From: an uncultured bacterium
GTDB lineage: Bacteria > Myxococcota_A > Polyangia > Polyangiales > Houyiibacteriaceae
Reading direction: 5' to 3'
DNA: 40,690 nt
Assembly: GCA_937998345.1 (NCBI GenBank)
Contig: CALLDH010000053.1
Coordinates: forward strand, 1 to 40,690
In this document: piece by piece, positions 1 through 7,896 of the stretch
How the letters are laid out: each line of letters opens with the position of its first letter
Numbering within the stretch: position 1 is the first letter of the stretch
Program-made: the position numbers and the translations under genes
Notes under the pieces: generated by a model
Databases searched by the model: none
The model's input: only the letters and a program-made list of their open reading frames with translations
Told to the model about the DNA's origin: nothing

Positions 1-46
1 CCTGCTGACGCCCCCTGGGCGGCTCTTCTTGCGGCGCTGCTCGGGC

Positions 47-2080
47 TCACGGTCTTGCGGCGGCGGTCAGACCGACGCGGCGCACAATCCTAAACTGAAC
101 ACGTCGGTTTCGCGCGCGGTTCTGCTGCGTGATGTTGGGCACGATAGGACGGGTAGAGCCGTAGCCCTTCGCCATCAACCGCGTCGGCTCCACACCATGC
201 TGAATGAGCCATCGCTCGACAGCTTCTGCGCGTTGCTGTGACAGCCGCATGTTCAGCGCGCGATCGCCACTGGTGTCGGTGTGGCCCTGAATCTCGACGA
301 GCTCGATGTCAGGATTCCGGAGAAGCGCGTCGGCGACCTCGAGGAGGATAGGCTCGCTGTTCGGCAGGATCTCGTCACTCCCCGTAGCGAAGCTGACCTG
401 ACGCCGAAGCGTGATCTCCCTCTTCTTGACCACGACACGCGGACGGGCGGGTTTGGGCAGGACACGAAGCTGCACGGTGGTTTCTTGGCGTGCGACAACG
501 TCGAGATCGGCGACTGCGATCAGGTAGACCGGGTCGTCGACGTGAGCGGTGTATGCCCCAGGCTCGAGCGCCTCGACCAGGGCCGCGCCGGCTTCATCGG
601 AGATCAGGAGATGCTCCGAGGGGCCTCGAACTGTAATGGCGATCCCGGGCAACGGCTGGCCTTCCCGGCCGACTGCCAGCACCCGAAGCCGCCCGTCGAG
701 GCTCGAAGGCACGAGCTCGCAACTCGTGTCTGACGGCACGGGGGCAGCGCACTGCGCTGTCACATATTCGGGATGCGACACTTCGAGCAAGACCTCGCCC
801 GCGGGAAGCCCGTAGGTGACGAACGATCCCGAAGCGTCGGTGACCTGCGAAGAAGCCTGTTCGCCGACCACGGCGACGACCGCGTCAGCAACCGGCCGCC
901 CGCTTCCCTGCTCGAGGACCTGGCCGCGCACCTGACCAGTCGCCGCAACCGGCGTGACAGGCTCCTGTTCGGTGGCGACCTTGACGGGAGCCGCGGGCCG
1001 CGGGTCGAATGCGTAGGCAATGCCGAGGATGACGTTGTACGGAGCCGTGGGCGCGAGCTCTCGGACGAAATCGCGGGTCCCGGTGAGCCCGACGTCGGCG
1101 GCAACCGTGAAAGCCAACCCCTTGGGCGGGGTCAGAATACGCAGGCCTAACGAGAGCATCATCGGAAAGGCCTTGAGCTTCTCGCTGGATAGGCAGCTGT
1201 CACCGTTCGGGATCGCAGTGTCGGCGCACTGAAACCCCTGCCGGTTGACCGGAATGTCCCACTGCCATTCGAGCATCGGGTGAAGCCCGACTTTGCGGGC
1301 TTCGAGCGGAACCTCGAGACCGGCCGCAAGGCGGACGTGATCCACGCGGTCCACGCCGTACGCAAAGCGCTCGAACGCCGTCAGCAGGTGTCGGGTCTCC
1401 AACGGACGGGGGACGATACCACCAAGTGCGTCGTACCTGCTGTCTTCGATCCCCTCGGTGAGCTTTGCCGAGTTGTCGAACCAGTACTGCGCATTGAAGC
1501 GCGCCACGAGCGGGATCTTGCGGCGCTCGTAGCCGCGAAAGTCCAAGGTCACGTTGCCGCGAAAACCGAAGCTCGTTGCGCGGAAGGTCGCTCCCGCGTC
1601 GCCCACACCCCCGAGAAACGCGATGCTCGCATCACCACCAACGGCGACCCAGGGCTTCGCCTGATAGAAGCCTTTGAGACCCAGGAGCACATCGGCGACG
1701 CGCTGAATTAGCAGGGGGTCGTTGGAGTCGTCCCATGCAGATGTCACCTCCACGGCTGCGAATACTTCCAGATACTCGGTCGGCGTAATGCTCAACGAGA
1801 GGTTGCCTGCGAAGTGATGGGCCTCATCCGTAGGAACGAAGAAGTCGCTGATGATGAAGAACTCGGTGTTGAGCGCTAGACGGAAGGTGCCCTTCGGGCC
1901 CGACGCCGCATCGATGATGCGAATGCCACCCGTCGGTCCGCTGAAGCTATTCTGAACCTCGGCGAGACGAGCTTCACGCTCGCTCGCTCCGGACGCTGGG
2001 TCAGCCTGCGCATGCACCGGTGCGACGCATGCCAATGCCACGATGCCCCCGAGACAGGGCAGTATCCAGCTCCTACGCAT
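47..2080 (-). CDS. OmpA-family outer-membrane protein (N-terminal barrel-like region, carboxypeptidase-regulatory-like middle, C-terminal OmpA/MotB peptidoglycan-binding domain)
   Basis: 677-aa ORF. Signal peptide MRRSWILPCLGGIVALACVAPVHA/QA. C-terminus FATGSDEILPNSEPILLEVADALLRNPDIELVEIQGHTDTSGDRALNMRLSQQRAEAVERWL...NRRVQFRIV is the classic OmpA_C motif set. Confidence 0.85.
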   Translation of the reverse strand: MRRSWILPCLGGIVALACVAPVHAQADPASGASEREARLAEVQNSFSGPTGGIRIIDAASGPKGTFRLALNTEFFIISDFFVPTDEAHHFAGNLSLSITPTEYLEVFAAVEVTSAWDDSNDPLLIQRVADVLLGLKGFYQAKPWVAVGGDASIAFLGGVGDAGATFRATSFGFRGNVTLDFRGYERRKIPLVARFNAQYWFDNSAKLTEGIEDSRYDALGGIVPRPLETRHLLTAFERFAYGVDRVDHVRLAAGLEVPLEARKVGLHPMLEWQWDIPVNRQGFQCADTAIPNGDSCLSSEKLKAFPMMLSLGLRILTPPKGLAFTVAADVGLTGTRDFVRELAPTAPYNVILGIAYAFDPRPAAPVKVATEQEPVTPVAATGQVRGQVLEQGSGRPVADAVVAVVGEQASSQVTDASGSFVTYGLPAGEVLLEVSHPEYVTAQCAAPVPSDTSCELVPSSLDGRLRVLAVGREGQPLPGIAITVRGPSEHLLISDEAGAALVEALEPGAYTAHVDDPVYLIAVADLDVVARQETTVQLRVLPKPARPRVVVKKREITLRRQVSFATGSDEILPNSEPILLEVADALLRNPDIELVEIQGHTDTSGDRALNMRLSQQRAEAVERWLIQHGVEPTRLMAKGYGSTRPIVPNITQQNRARNRRVQFRIVRRVGLTAAARP

Positions 2081-2145
2081 TCCCCTCGCCTGTTCCCCAC
2101 CCGAAATGATGCCATTTTGCGGGCGCCCAACGCCAACTTGACGGG

Positions 2146-2454
2146 CTATTTGGCGGCGATGTGAAGATCCGCGTTGCCGTCCGGCGGGATCATCACCTTC
2201 TTGGGCGCGGTGGCGCTACCGCTCTTCGGCTTGAATACAGCGAGGTATCGGCCGCCTGGCACCGAGCGCAGCGTGCAGCTCCCCTGACTGGTTGTGCAGG
2301 TGAATGTGCCGCCGTCGCCGCTCAACTCCACACGGCCGTCGACCGGCTTATTATCGGCGCTACGGACCTTGACGTGGACGACCGCGTCGGCCCTGACCTG
2401 CGTCGCCACCATCAGGCTCAGTGCGCAAACGACGATGGCAGCGACGCGTTTCAT
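2146..2454 (-). CDS. Small secreted protein, carboxypeptidase-regulatory-like beta-sandwich
   Basis: 102-aa ORF. Signal peptide MKRVAAIVVCALSLMVATQVRA/DA. Body VHVKVRSADNKPVDGRVELSG...GGRYLAVFKP resembles CarboxypepD_reg folds. Co-directional and close to its neighbours. Confidence 0.6.
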   Translation of the reverse strand: MKRVAAIVVCALSLMVATQVRADAVVHVKVRSADNKPVDGRVELSGDGGTFTCTTSQGSCTLRSVPGGRYLAVFKPKSGSATAPKKVMIPPDGNADLHIAAK

Positions 2455-2460
2455 CCGGCG

Positions 2461-3744
2461 TCACCCCTCTTCGGCTGCCTCAGCAAAATCGCTGAGGCGA
2501 ACTTCTTCGTATTCGTCATCATGAGCTGTGGGGGGTTCCGACTCTTCGACGTCGTAACCGTCCGCAGCTTCAACTGTAGTCGCGAGCCGAGGCCCATTGG
2601 GGTCCGGCAGCGGCGGCCGCGACGGAATCGGAAGCCCGTTTTCGTAGACGAAAAGGCCCGTCGTGTGGACATCGCTGACCTCACCATCCACGGCGAACAG
2701 CGACTCCTCGGCCTGCGCCAGGGACGGCCGTGTAAGCCCCTCGGGAGGCTCGGCAAGGCGGAGCGTGGGCGGCGCCGGCGGCGCCTCCGGAGGCGCTGCC
2801 ATCGAAGGAATGGGAACGGGCATGCCGACCTGCGGCTCCGCGGCGATGCCATGCTCGAACGCGTACTCGGAATCGAATCCGCGATCTTCTTGATCGTCGG
2901 AGGCACCGTCGACGGAAAGCTCGGCCGATGGTTCCACGTCCCAGTCGGACGCGTCGCCCATGGACGGTTCAGCCGCGACGTCCTCTTCCTCACCGAACTC
3001 CAGCTCGGGCCCCGGCTCGGACTCCATCGCCGACACTGGCTCTGACGCCGACACTGGCTCTGACGCTGTCACTGACTCTGACGCTGTCACGTCCTCCGCC
3101 TCCGCCATCATCGCGGCGGCGTCTACCGCGGCAATCACCGTGGCCGGCTCTTCGTCGTAGTCACCGTCGTCTTCATCTTCGTCACCTGACGCCTCTGGCG
3201 GCACGGTATCCGGCGCCTCCTCATCGGGTGGAACCGTCACCGGCTCTGCGTCTTCAGGCGCAATGGATTGAACCTCGTCGGGCGGCAGCGAGAACACCTC
3301 GTCCGCTGTTAGCTCGATGTCATCGAGATAGGGTGCCGGCTCATTGGCGACTCGCTCGTCATCGGCCGGCGCCGCATCCATGTCGCCCGTAGGCGCCTCC
3401 GGATCGTCGGCGGCCGGATGTTCAGACACCGCCTGGCGCGCGAGAACGAGGCGCTCGAACACCACTCCTGAGCGGCCGTCGAGCTCCAGCGCTTCGACGA
3501 CGACGTCATAGCGAGTCTCCGGAACGCGATCGGCGCCACCATCGACAGCAGCACGCACACGCCCCGTGCCCTCGAGTGCCGGCGAACCGTCGGCTAGCAG
3601 CACCGCGAATTCGATTTCGGAACCGTCTTCGTAGGCGACGGGCCCGTAGAGGATCAAGGTGTCTTGCTCGACCCGATCGAGAAAACCTTCGGAGAGCTCT
3701 CCGAGGTCGTTGAAGTGTGTCGGTACCGTGAGGACTTGGCTCAT
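2461..3744 (-). CDS. Highly acidic repeat protein with PilZ-like (non-canonical) N-terminal domain
   Basis: 427-aa ORF. The first ~100 aa (FNDLGELSEGFLDRVEQDTLILYGPVAYEDGSEIEFAVLLADGSPALEGTGRV) resemble the myxobacterial PilZ-like paralogous domain but lack RxxxR. The remainder is D/E/P/A-rich with SEPVSA-type tandem repeats. Its start ATG overlaps the xseB stop by 1 nt (TAATG). Confidence 0.6.
   Translation of the reverse strand: MSQVLTVPTHFNDLGELSEGFLDRVEQDTLILYGPVAYEDGSEIEFAVLLADGSPALEGTGRVRAAVDGGADRVPETRYDVVVEALELDGRSGVVFERLVLARQAVSEHPAADDPEAPTGDMDAAPADDERVANEPAPYLDDIELTADEVFSLPPDEVQSIAPEDAEPVTVPPDEEAPDTVPPEASGDEDEDDGDYDEEPATVIAAVDAAAMMAEAEDVTASESVTASEPVSASEPVSAMESEPGPELEFGEEEDVAAEPSMGDASDWDVEPSAELSVDGASDDQEDRGFDSEYAFEHGIAAEPQVGMPVPIPSMAAPPEAPPAPPTLRLAEPPEGLTRPSLAQAEESLFAVDGEVSDVHTTGLFVYENGLPIPSRPPLPDPNGPRLATTVEAADGYDVEESEPPTAHDDEYEEVRLSDFAEAAEEG
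3029..3090 (-). repeat. Tandem 18-nt minisatellite (~3.4 units), same family as 5346..5471
   Basis: Plus strand reads GCCGACACTGGCTCTGAC (3029, 3047), GCTGTCACTGACTCTGAC (3065) and a partial unit (3083). The reverse complement resembles the 5346 unit. It lies inside CDS 2461..3744. Confidence 0.9.
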
Positions 3745-4019
3745 TATTCCCCCGCTTCGCTTTGTTCAAGAGGACTCGTTTGCAGCTCGTCTCCGGCCGC
3801 GAGGAGCTCCTCTACTCTGCGCTCAGCTTCATCCAGTCGTTTCGCTCCGGCCCGCGACAAGCGGACTCCCTCTTCAAACATCGCCAGAGACGCCTCAAGA
3901 GGCAAATCTCCCTCTTCTAATTGTTCCACGACCGTCTGAAGGCGCTCCATGACCTCCTCGAATGGAGCCTCGTCTGCAGGACCACCCCGACCCTTTGATT
4001 TCCCCATGTTTTCAACCAT
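3744..4019 (-). CDS. xseB: Exodeoxyribonuclease VII small subunit
   Basis: The C-terminal ~87 aa of ORF 3744..4175 (FEEVMERLQTVVEQLEEGDLPLEASLAMFEEGVRLSRAGAKRLDEAERRVEEL) matches the XseB helical hairpin. The start is trimmed to ATG 4019, which has AGGTG just upstream; ATG 4007 is an alternative. Confidence 0.85.
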   Translation of the reverse strand: MVENMGKSKGRGGPADEAPFEEVMERLQTVVEQLEEGDLPLEASLAMFEEGVRLSRAGAKRLDEAERRVEELLAAGDELQTSPLEQSEAGE

Positions 4020-4140
4020 ACAGCACCTAAAGCCCTTCGTCACCAACGTGGATATCGGGCGCATTCGAGTTGAAGTGTCCCCGAGGGCGCTGTAGGTGAG
4101 TGAAGGAGGAGCACGTTCACGCTCCCGGGCCCCTGAACTG

Positions 4141-5070
4141 ATGCGCCGATCCCCTTCTGTCGTCACCCCTGGCAACCACGATGGCGTTCACCTGGGTCAC
4201 AGGGCGCTGATCGACGCGGCCAAGCGGACCGCCGACGCCCATGGCTGGCAGACGCTCGCCATGTGTTTCGAGCCACATCCGACGGCCGTCCTCGTGCCGG
4301 AACGGGCACCTGTGCTGATCACCGACATGCAGCGCCGGGTCGAGATCTTGAAGGGGGCCGGCTGTGACGACGTGGTGGTCCTGCCCTTCGACAGCGAGTT
4401 CTCGAAGATGACCCCCGATCAGTTCGTCGAGCGCGTCGTGTTGGAGGCCTGTCATGCGAAGGGGGTCGTCGTAGGCCCAGATTTCCACTTCGGTTACAAG
4501 CGCTCGGGTAATATCGCGACGCTGCGGCAATGGGGCGAGCGAGAGGGCTTCACGGTCGAGTTGGTGGACCCGGTCATGTTCGAGGGCGAGGCCGTCTCCT
4601 CAACGAGGCTTCGCCGAATCCTTCGGGAAGACGGCAACGTGGAGGATGCAGCGGTCATGATGACCCGCGTGCACGAAGCGACCGGACACATCGTCCAAGG
4701 CGATCAGCGGGGCCGAGAGATCGGATTTCCGACCGCCAACCTCGAAGTGGGGCCCTTGGTCCTGCCGAAAGACGGCGTGTATGCGGTCGTCGCTCGGGTG
4801 CTTGGCGAGGCCAGGGCCCCCTTGCTCCATGGTGTCGCCAACTTGGGCAATCGCCCAACATTCGATGCCGGACGTTCGGTCGAAGTGCATTTGTTCGGCT
4901 TTGACGGAGATCTTTACGGAAAACGCATGCGGGTGGGCTTCGTGGCTCGCATCCGCGGTGAATTGAAATTCGATGGGCTCGAACCTCTGCGCGGACAGAT
5001 CAATCGGGACTGCGACGAAGCCAAGAACGCGCTACAACAACTGGGCCCGGATTTGGTTCGATGGATTTGA
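4141..5070 (+). CDS. ribF: Bifunctional riboflavin kinase / FMN adenylyltransferase
   Basis: Motifs GNHDGVHLGHRALI (nucleotidyltransferase HxGH), GFPTANL, and the C-terminal riboflavin kinase region (VEVHLFGFDGDLYGKRMRV). ATG 4141 is preferred; GTG 4096 from the ORF track is possible. Confidence 0.9.
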   Translation: MRRSPSVVTPGNHDGVHLGHRALIDAAKRTADAHGWQTLAMCFEPHPTAVLVPERAPVLITDMQRRVEILKGAGCDDVVVLPFDSEFSKMTPDQFVERVVLEACHAKGVVVGPDFHFGYKRSGNIATLRQWGEREGFTVELVDPVMFEGEAVSSTRLRRILREDGNVEDAAVMMTRVHEATGHIVQGDQRGREIGFPTANLEVGPLVLPKDGVYAVVARVLGEARAPLLHGVANLGNRPTFDAGRSVEVHLFGFDGDLYGKRMRVGFVARIRGELKFDGLEPLRGQINRDCDEAKNALQQLGPDLVRWI

Positions 5071-5732
5071 CCCGACTTTACAATCTGACGACGCCAGAAC
5101 TTCGAGAAGAAGCCGAACGCATGGGCGTCAGCGACACCTACGCGATGAGCCGTGGCCAGCTGATCCACGCAATCCGAAACCGCGCCAGTGGAAGCCAGCC
5201 TCCCGAAGGTCTTCTCAACAAGGTCCTGGGCTTCGCGAAGTGGGCACTGCAGGCCGCGCAGGAAGAGCCCACGAAGAAACATGCGCCCGAGGAGAGAGAG
5301 CCGAAGCGATTCAGCCAGCCCTCAGAGGCGCCGGAGACAGCCTCAGTGTCAGCGCCAGGATCAGAGTCAGCGCCAGTCCCAGTCTCAGCGCCAGTCCCGG
5401 TCTCAGCGCCAGTATCAGAGTCAACGCCAGTGCCGGTGTCAGCGCCAGTGTCAGAGTCAGCGCCAGTGCCAGCGACCGAGTCCGAGAGCTCGATCGAGTC
5501 CGGGCCTCCGAGCCGCCCTCCTGCTGGGGTGTTCTCCCGGAGCGCCGGCATGTTCGAAGAGCCATTCCCGACGCGGACCATGGCGCGCATTCTTGCCGAC
5601 CAAGGACACTTCAAGCGGTCGCTTGCGATTTACGCGGGGTTGCTTCGGGACGAGCCAGGGGATCGCGAGTTGAGCGCCGAGGCCAACGAGATTCGCGCGC
5701 GCTCGCGAGCACGGCGATCCCAAGCTCACTGA
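5061..5732 (+). CDS. Rho_N (SAP-like) domain protein with SAPVPV tandem-repeat linker and TPR-like C-terminus
   Basis: 223-aa ORF. N-terminus LTRLYNLTTPELREEAERMGVSDTYAMSRGQLIHAI matches the Rho termination factor N-terminal helical motif. The middle is seven 18-nt repeats. The start overlaps the ribF 3' end by 10 nt. Confidence 0.65.
   Translation: MDLTRLYNLTTPELREEAERMGVSDTYAMSRGQLIHAIRNRASGSQPPEGLLNKVLGFAKWALQAAQEEPTKKHAPEEREPKRFSQPSEAPETASVSAPGSESAPVPVSAPVPVSAPVSESTPVPVSAPVSESAPVPATESESSIESGPPSRPPAGVFSRSAGMFEEPFPTRTMARILADQGHFKRSLAIYAGLLRDEPGDRELSAEANEIRARSRARRSQAH
5346..5471 (+). repeat. Tandem 18-nt minisatellite, 7 units, consensus G(T/A)GTCAGCGCCAGT(G/C)CC(A/G)
   Basis: Read directly: units start at 5346, 5364, 5382, 5400, 5418, 5436 and 5454. 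It is in frame inside CDS 5061..5732. Confidence 0.95.
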
Positions 5733-5750
5733 TGCCAGCAATTTTGCTAC

Positions 5751-6128
5751 ATGCTCTATCTTCCGCATCATGAAGGCGTGACGCAGGTTCCAGCACAGAA
5801 GCGACAACACGAACGGTACCTCGTCCGCGTCTCGTGCGAGCTCACCATCTCCGGGCAAACGCTGCATGCGGAGATGAAGAACCTGAGCACCGGTGGCGCG
5901 GCGATCGTATTCGCGCGGCCACTCACGGTCGGAGAGGTCGTGACTGTCGGCTTCTTTCTGACCCAGGACGGAATCGAGGACGCCGACCGGGTGCCGTTCG
6001 AATGCGCCGCCTCGATTCGCTGGCTCAAACCTGCCGGCGATCAGCGGTACGAAGCGGGGTTGCAGTTTCTGTCGCCCTCGAAGCAGCAGCGTGAGCTTCT
6101 GAGGGATTTCCTGAAGCAGGCTACCTAG
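5751..6128 (+). CDS. PilZ domain protein (canonical c-di-GMP binding motifs)
   Basis: 125-aa ORF with KRQHER (RxxxR), followed about 25 aa later by NLSTGG (D/NxSxxG). Confidence 0.8.
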   Translation: MLYLPHHEGVTQVPAQKRQHERYLVRVSCELTISGQTLHAEMKNLSTGGAAIVFARPLTVGEVVTVGFFLTQDGIEDADRVPFECAASIRWLKPAGDQRYEAGLQFLSPSKQQRELLRDFLKQAT

Positions 6129-6140
6129 CCTGCTCGGCGA

Positions 6141-7634
6141 TCAGACGATTGCGGGGGCCGCCTCACGGCGGAGTGGTGGGACCAGCGCGCGCACTGCTAC
6201 CGCGCACACGCATCCGACCGCAAGCGCACTCCACTGTGGGAACAGCGCATCGAGGTCGACGATGAGTCCAGCGGCGGCGAGTCCGAGACCCAACCCCGAG
6301 CACATGATCGCCGAGGTCCGGCTCATCTCGAAGGCCTGAGCGGCGAACATGATCGCGGCTGCTTTGCCAACGAGGACGGTGACCCCCGCCACCGAGCCGG
6401 CCATTGGCCACCCGCCGAGGAACAAGGTGGCTCCCAGCACGGCGGCGGCGGCGGAATAGAGCGACGAGGAAAGCGGAGCTCGTGAGCTTACCGCGCCCAG
6501 CGCGTAGAGATACGCGCCAAAGGCGAGGAATGACGCTGGCGACTGGAAGAGGTACCAACGCAGCACCAGCGGGCTCTGCGCTGCAACGATGGCTGAAATG
6601 CTGGCGGTCCTCGCGAGCAACATGACCGTCAGCGTCGTGATCACGGCAAATGCGAAACTGGATGCGCCGGCCCCATACCTGGAGGCGAGCGTGATGAGCG
6701 CGGCGAAGGTGCCCAATCCCAGGATCCACATGGTCGTCCACTGGAGGGCGGATACACAGAGCAACAGGGTGGCAAAGATAAGCACCAGACTCGAACGAAT
6801 GAGCCAAGCCGACGATGAGAGTTTCGAGGGCCTAGCGCGGAGACACAGCGTCACTGGGGAGACCCAGCCAAGCAAGAGTCCGAGGAGGACGAAGAGTCCG
6901 AGGACGACGGGGTCTACCGAACGCTCGGTCGCCTCATGTGGCCAACGCAGCGCATGAACACCGCGAAGCCTGTCGCGCGCGACGAGGACGGTCGACTCAC
7001 TCTTGGTCGGGTCTGGGGCGAAGTCGCGCCAGCTGTAGAGGTTCATTCCGTCGAGCGCAACGAGCGTGTCCTCTGGCTTTACACCCTGGATGGCAGCGAA
7101 TCCGTCCGGATCGACTGCTACCACGCGCACGCCCACCGTTCCGAGCTCCTCACGCGAAAGCTCGAGCCCGAAGCTCTGGGCGCCGTCTCGCTCCGTCTGC
7201 TCCTCACGTGCGCTGTCGGCGCGCAACTGGGTGGAGGTATCCGGGAGAAAGTCGATCCGCACCTGCTCCACCGAAAAAACGTCGCGGCGATTGTCTGCGG
7301 TGCGAAACCCGACCCGGAGCTCTCCGTTTACTGTGGCGCGGCCTCCGAGCGCCTCAATGAGCTCGTCTTCGATCGGAATCTCGATCAACGACTCGGACTG
7401 CACATGCCCGGCCAGGCGCGCATTCACGCTGTTGGCCCGCATTCCTGGACGATAGACCGAGCCCCGCAACACGATGTCGGGCGATCGTCCGAGTGGGAAG
7501 CCGCGGCCGTGAATCCGAAGCGTCCCACCGGGTTCGATCTCAGGCGGCACGATAGTGTCCACCTCGAGCAGCGCGAGGTCGTCGTATCCGCTGCAAGCCG
7601 CGAGGAACATGACGAAGAGGACGGCCGCTCGCAT
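6141..7634 (-). CDS. Lipoprotein-signal / IPT-like / PDZ periplasmic region fused to a polytopic membrane domain (possible degenerate NuoH/ND1-like domain)
   Basis: ORF 6141..7658 trimmed to ATG 7634 (MRAAVLFVMFLAAC, lipobox LAAC). PDZ-like segment VRVVAVDPDGFAAIQGVKPEDTLVALDGMNLYS. At least 7 hydrophobic helices in the C-terminal ~260 aa, including ...LFLGGW. Confidence 0.7.
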   Translation of the reverse strand: MRAAVLFVMFLAACSGYDDLALLEVDTIVPPEIEPGGTLRIHGRGFPLGRSPDIVLRGSVYRPGMRANSVNARLAGHVQSESLIEIPIEDELIEALGGRATVNGELRVGFRTADNRRDVFSVEQVRIDFLPDTSTQLRADSAREEQTERDGAQSFGLELSREELGTVGVRVVAVDPDGFAAIQGVKPEDTLVALDGMNLYSWRDFAPDPTKSESTVLVARDRLRGVHALRWPHEATERSVDPVVLGLFVLLGLLLGWVSPVTLCLRARPSKLSSSAWLIRSSLVLIFATLLLCVSALQWTTMWILGLGTFAALITLASRYGAGASSFAFAVITTLTVMLLARTASISAIVAAQSPLVLRWYLFQSPASFLAFGAYLYALGAVSSRAPLSSSLYSAAAAVLGATLFLGGWPMAGSVAGVTVLVGKAAAIMFAAQAFEMSRTSAIMCSGLGLGLAAAGLIVDLDALFPQWSALAVGCVCAVAVRALVPPLRREAAPAIV

Positions 7635-7727
7635 CGCTTCTCCGTTTCGCCGGGGCACCGGGAAACGTCAAGAAATCCGAGAGCGCGTTTGCGCCACGCC
7701 CGGGGGATGCTAAGCCGGGCTCCCTTT

Positions 7728-7800
7728 GGGGCCATAGCTCAGCTGGGAGAGCGTCGCACTGGCAGTGCGAAGGTCAGGGGTTCGATCCCCCTTGGCTCCA
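7728..7800 (+). tRNA. tRNA-Ala (anticodon GGC)
   Basis: Hand-folded cloverleaf. Acceptor GGGGCCA/TGGCTCC with the G3:U70 Ala identity pair. D arm GCTC-AGCTGGGA-GAGC. Anticodon arm TCGCA-CTGGCAG-TGCGA. T arm AGGGG-TTCGATC-CCCCT. Discriminator A. CCA is not encoded (ACCG). Confidence 0.93.
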
Positions 7801-7803
7801 CCG

Positions 7804-7824
7804 GTCCCGGACCGTGTCCGGGAC
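7804..7824 (+). terminator. Perfect 9-bp hairpin immediately after the tRNA (GTCCCGGAC-CGT-GTCCGGGAC)
   Basis: Arms are exact reverse complements. There is no T-tract, so it may be a processing or termination structure. Confidence 0.5.
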
Positions 7825-7847
7825 TCGGGAGCGCCAGCGGGGATGAC

Positions 7848-7860
7848 GGGGACTGTCCCC
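7848..7860. repeat. Core copy GGGGACTGTCCCC of the repeated hairpin element
   Basis: Identical 13-mer to the cores at 7913..7925 and 36898..36910, followed by TT. Confidence 0.8.
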
Positions 7861-7896
7861 TTGTTGCAATCCAAGCGCGCCGGGTGAACGTGTGGG

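Noticed and set aside
4102-4111. A strong Shine-Dalgarno-like GAAGGAGGAG that might mark a different ribF start.
   Set aside because: There is no ATG, GTG or TTG in the ribF frame within 5-12 nt downstream. The next in-frame start is ATG 4141, about 30 nt away. I left it as an unexplained SD-like string, possibly within the 5' UTR.
5346-5471. The tandem repeats at 5346-5471, 3029-3090, 25223-25294 and in the histone-like gene as a CRISPR array.
   Set aside because: The units are contiguous with no spacers, 15-18 nt long, in frame within coding sequences, and no cas genes are present.
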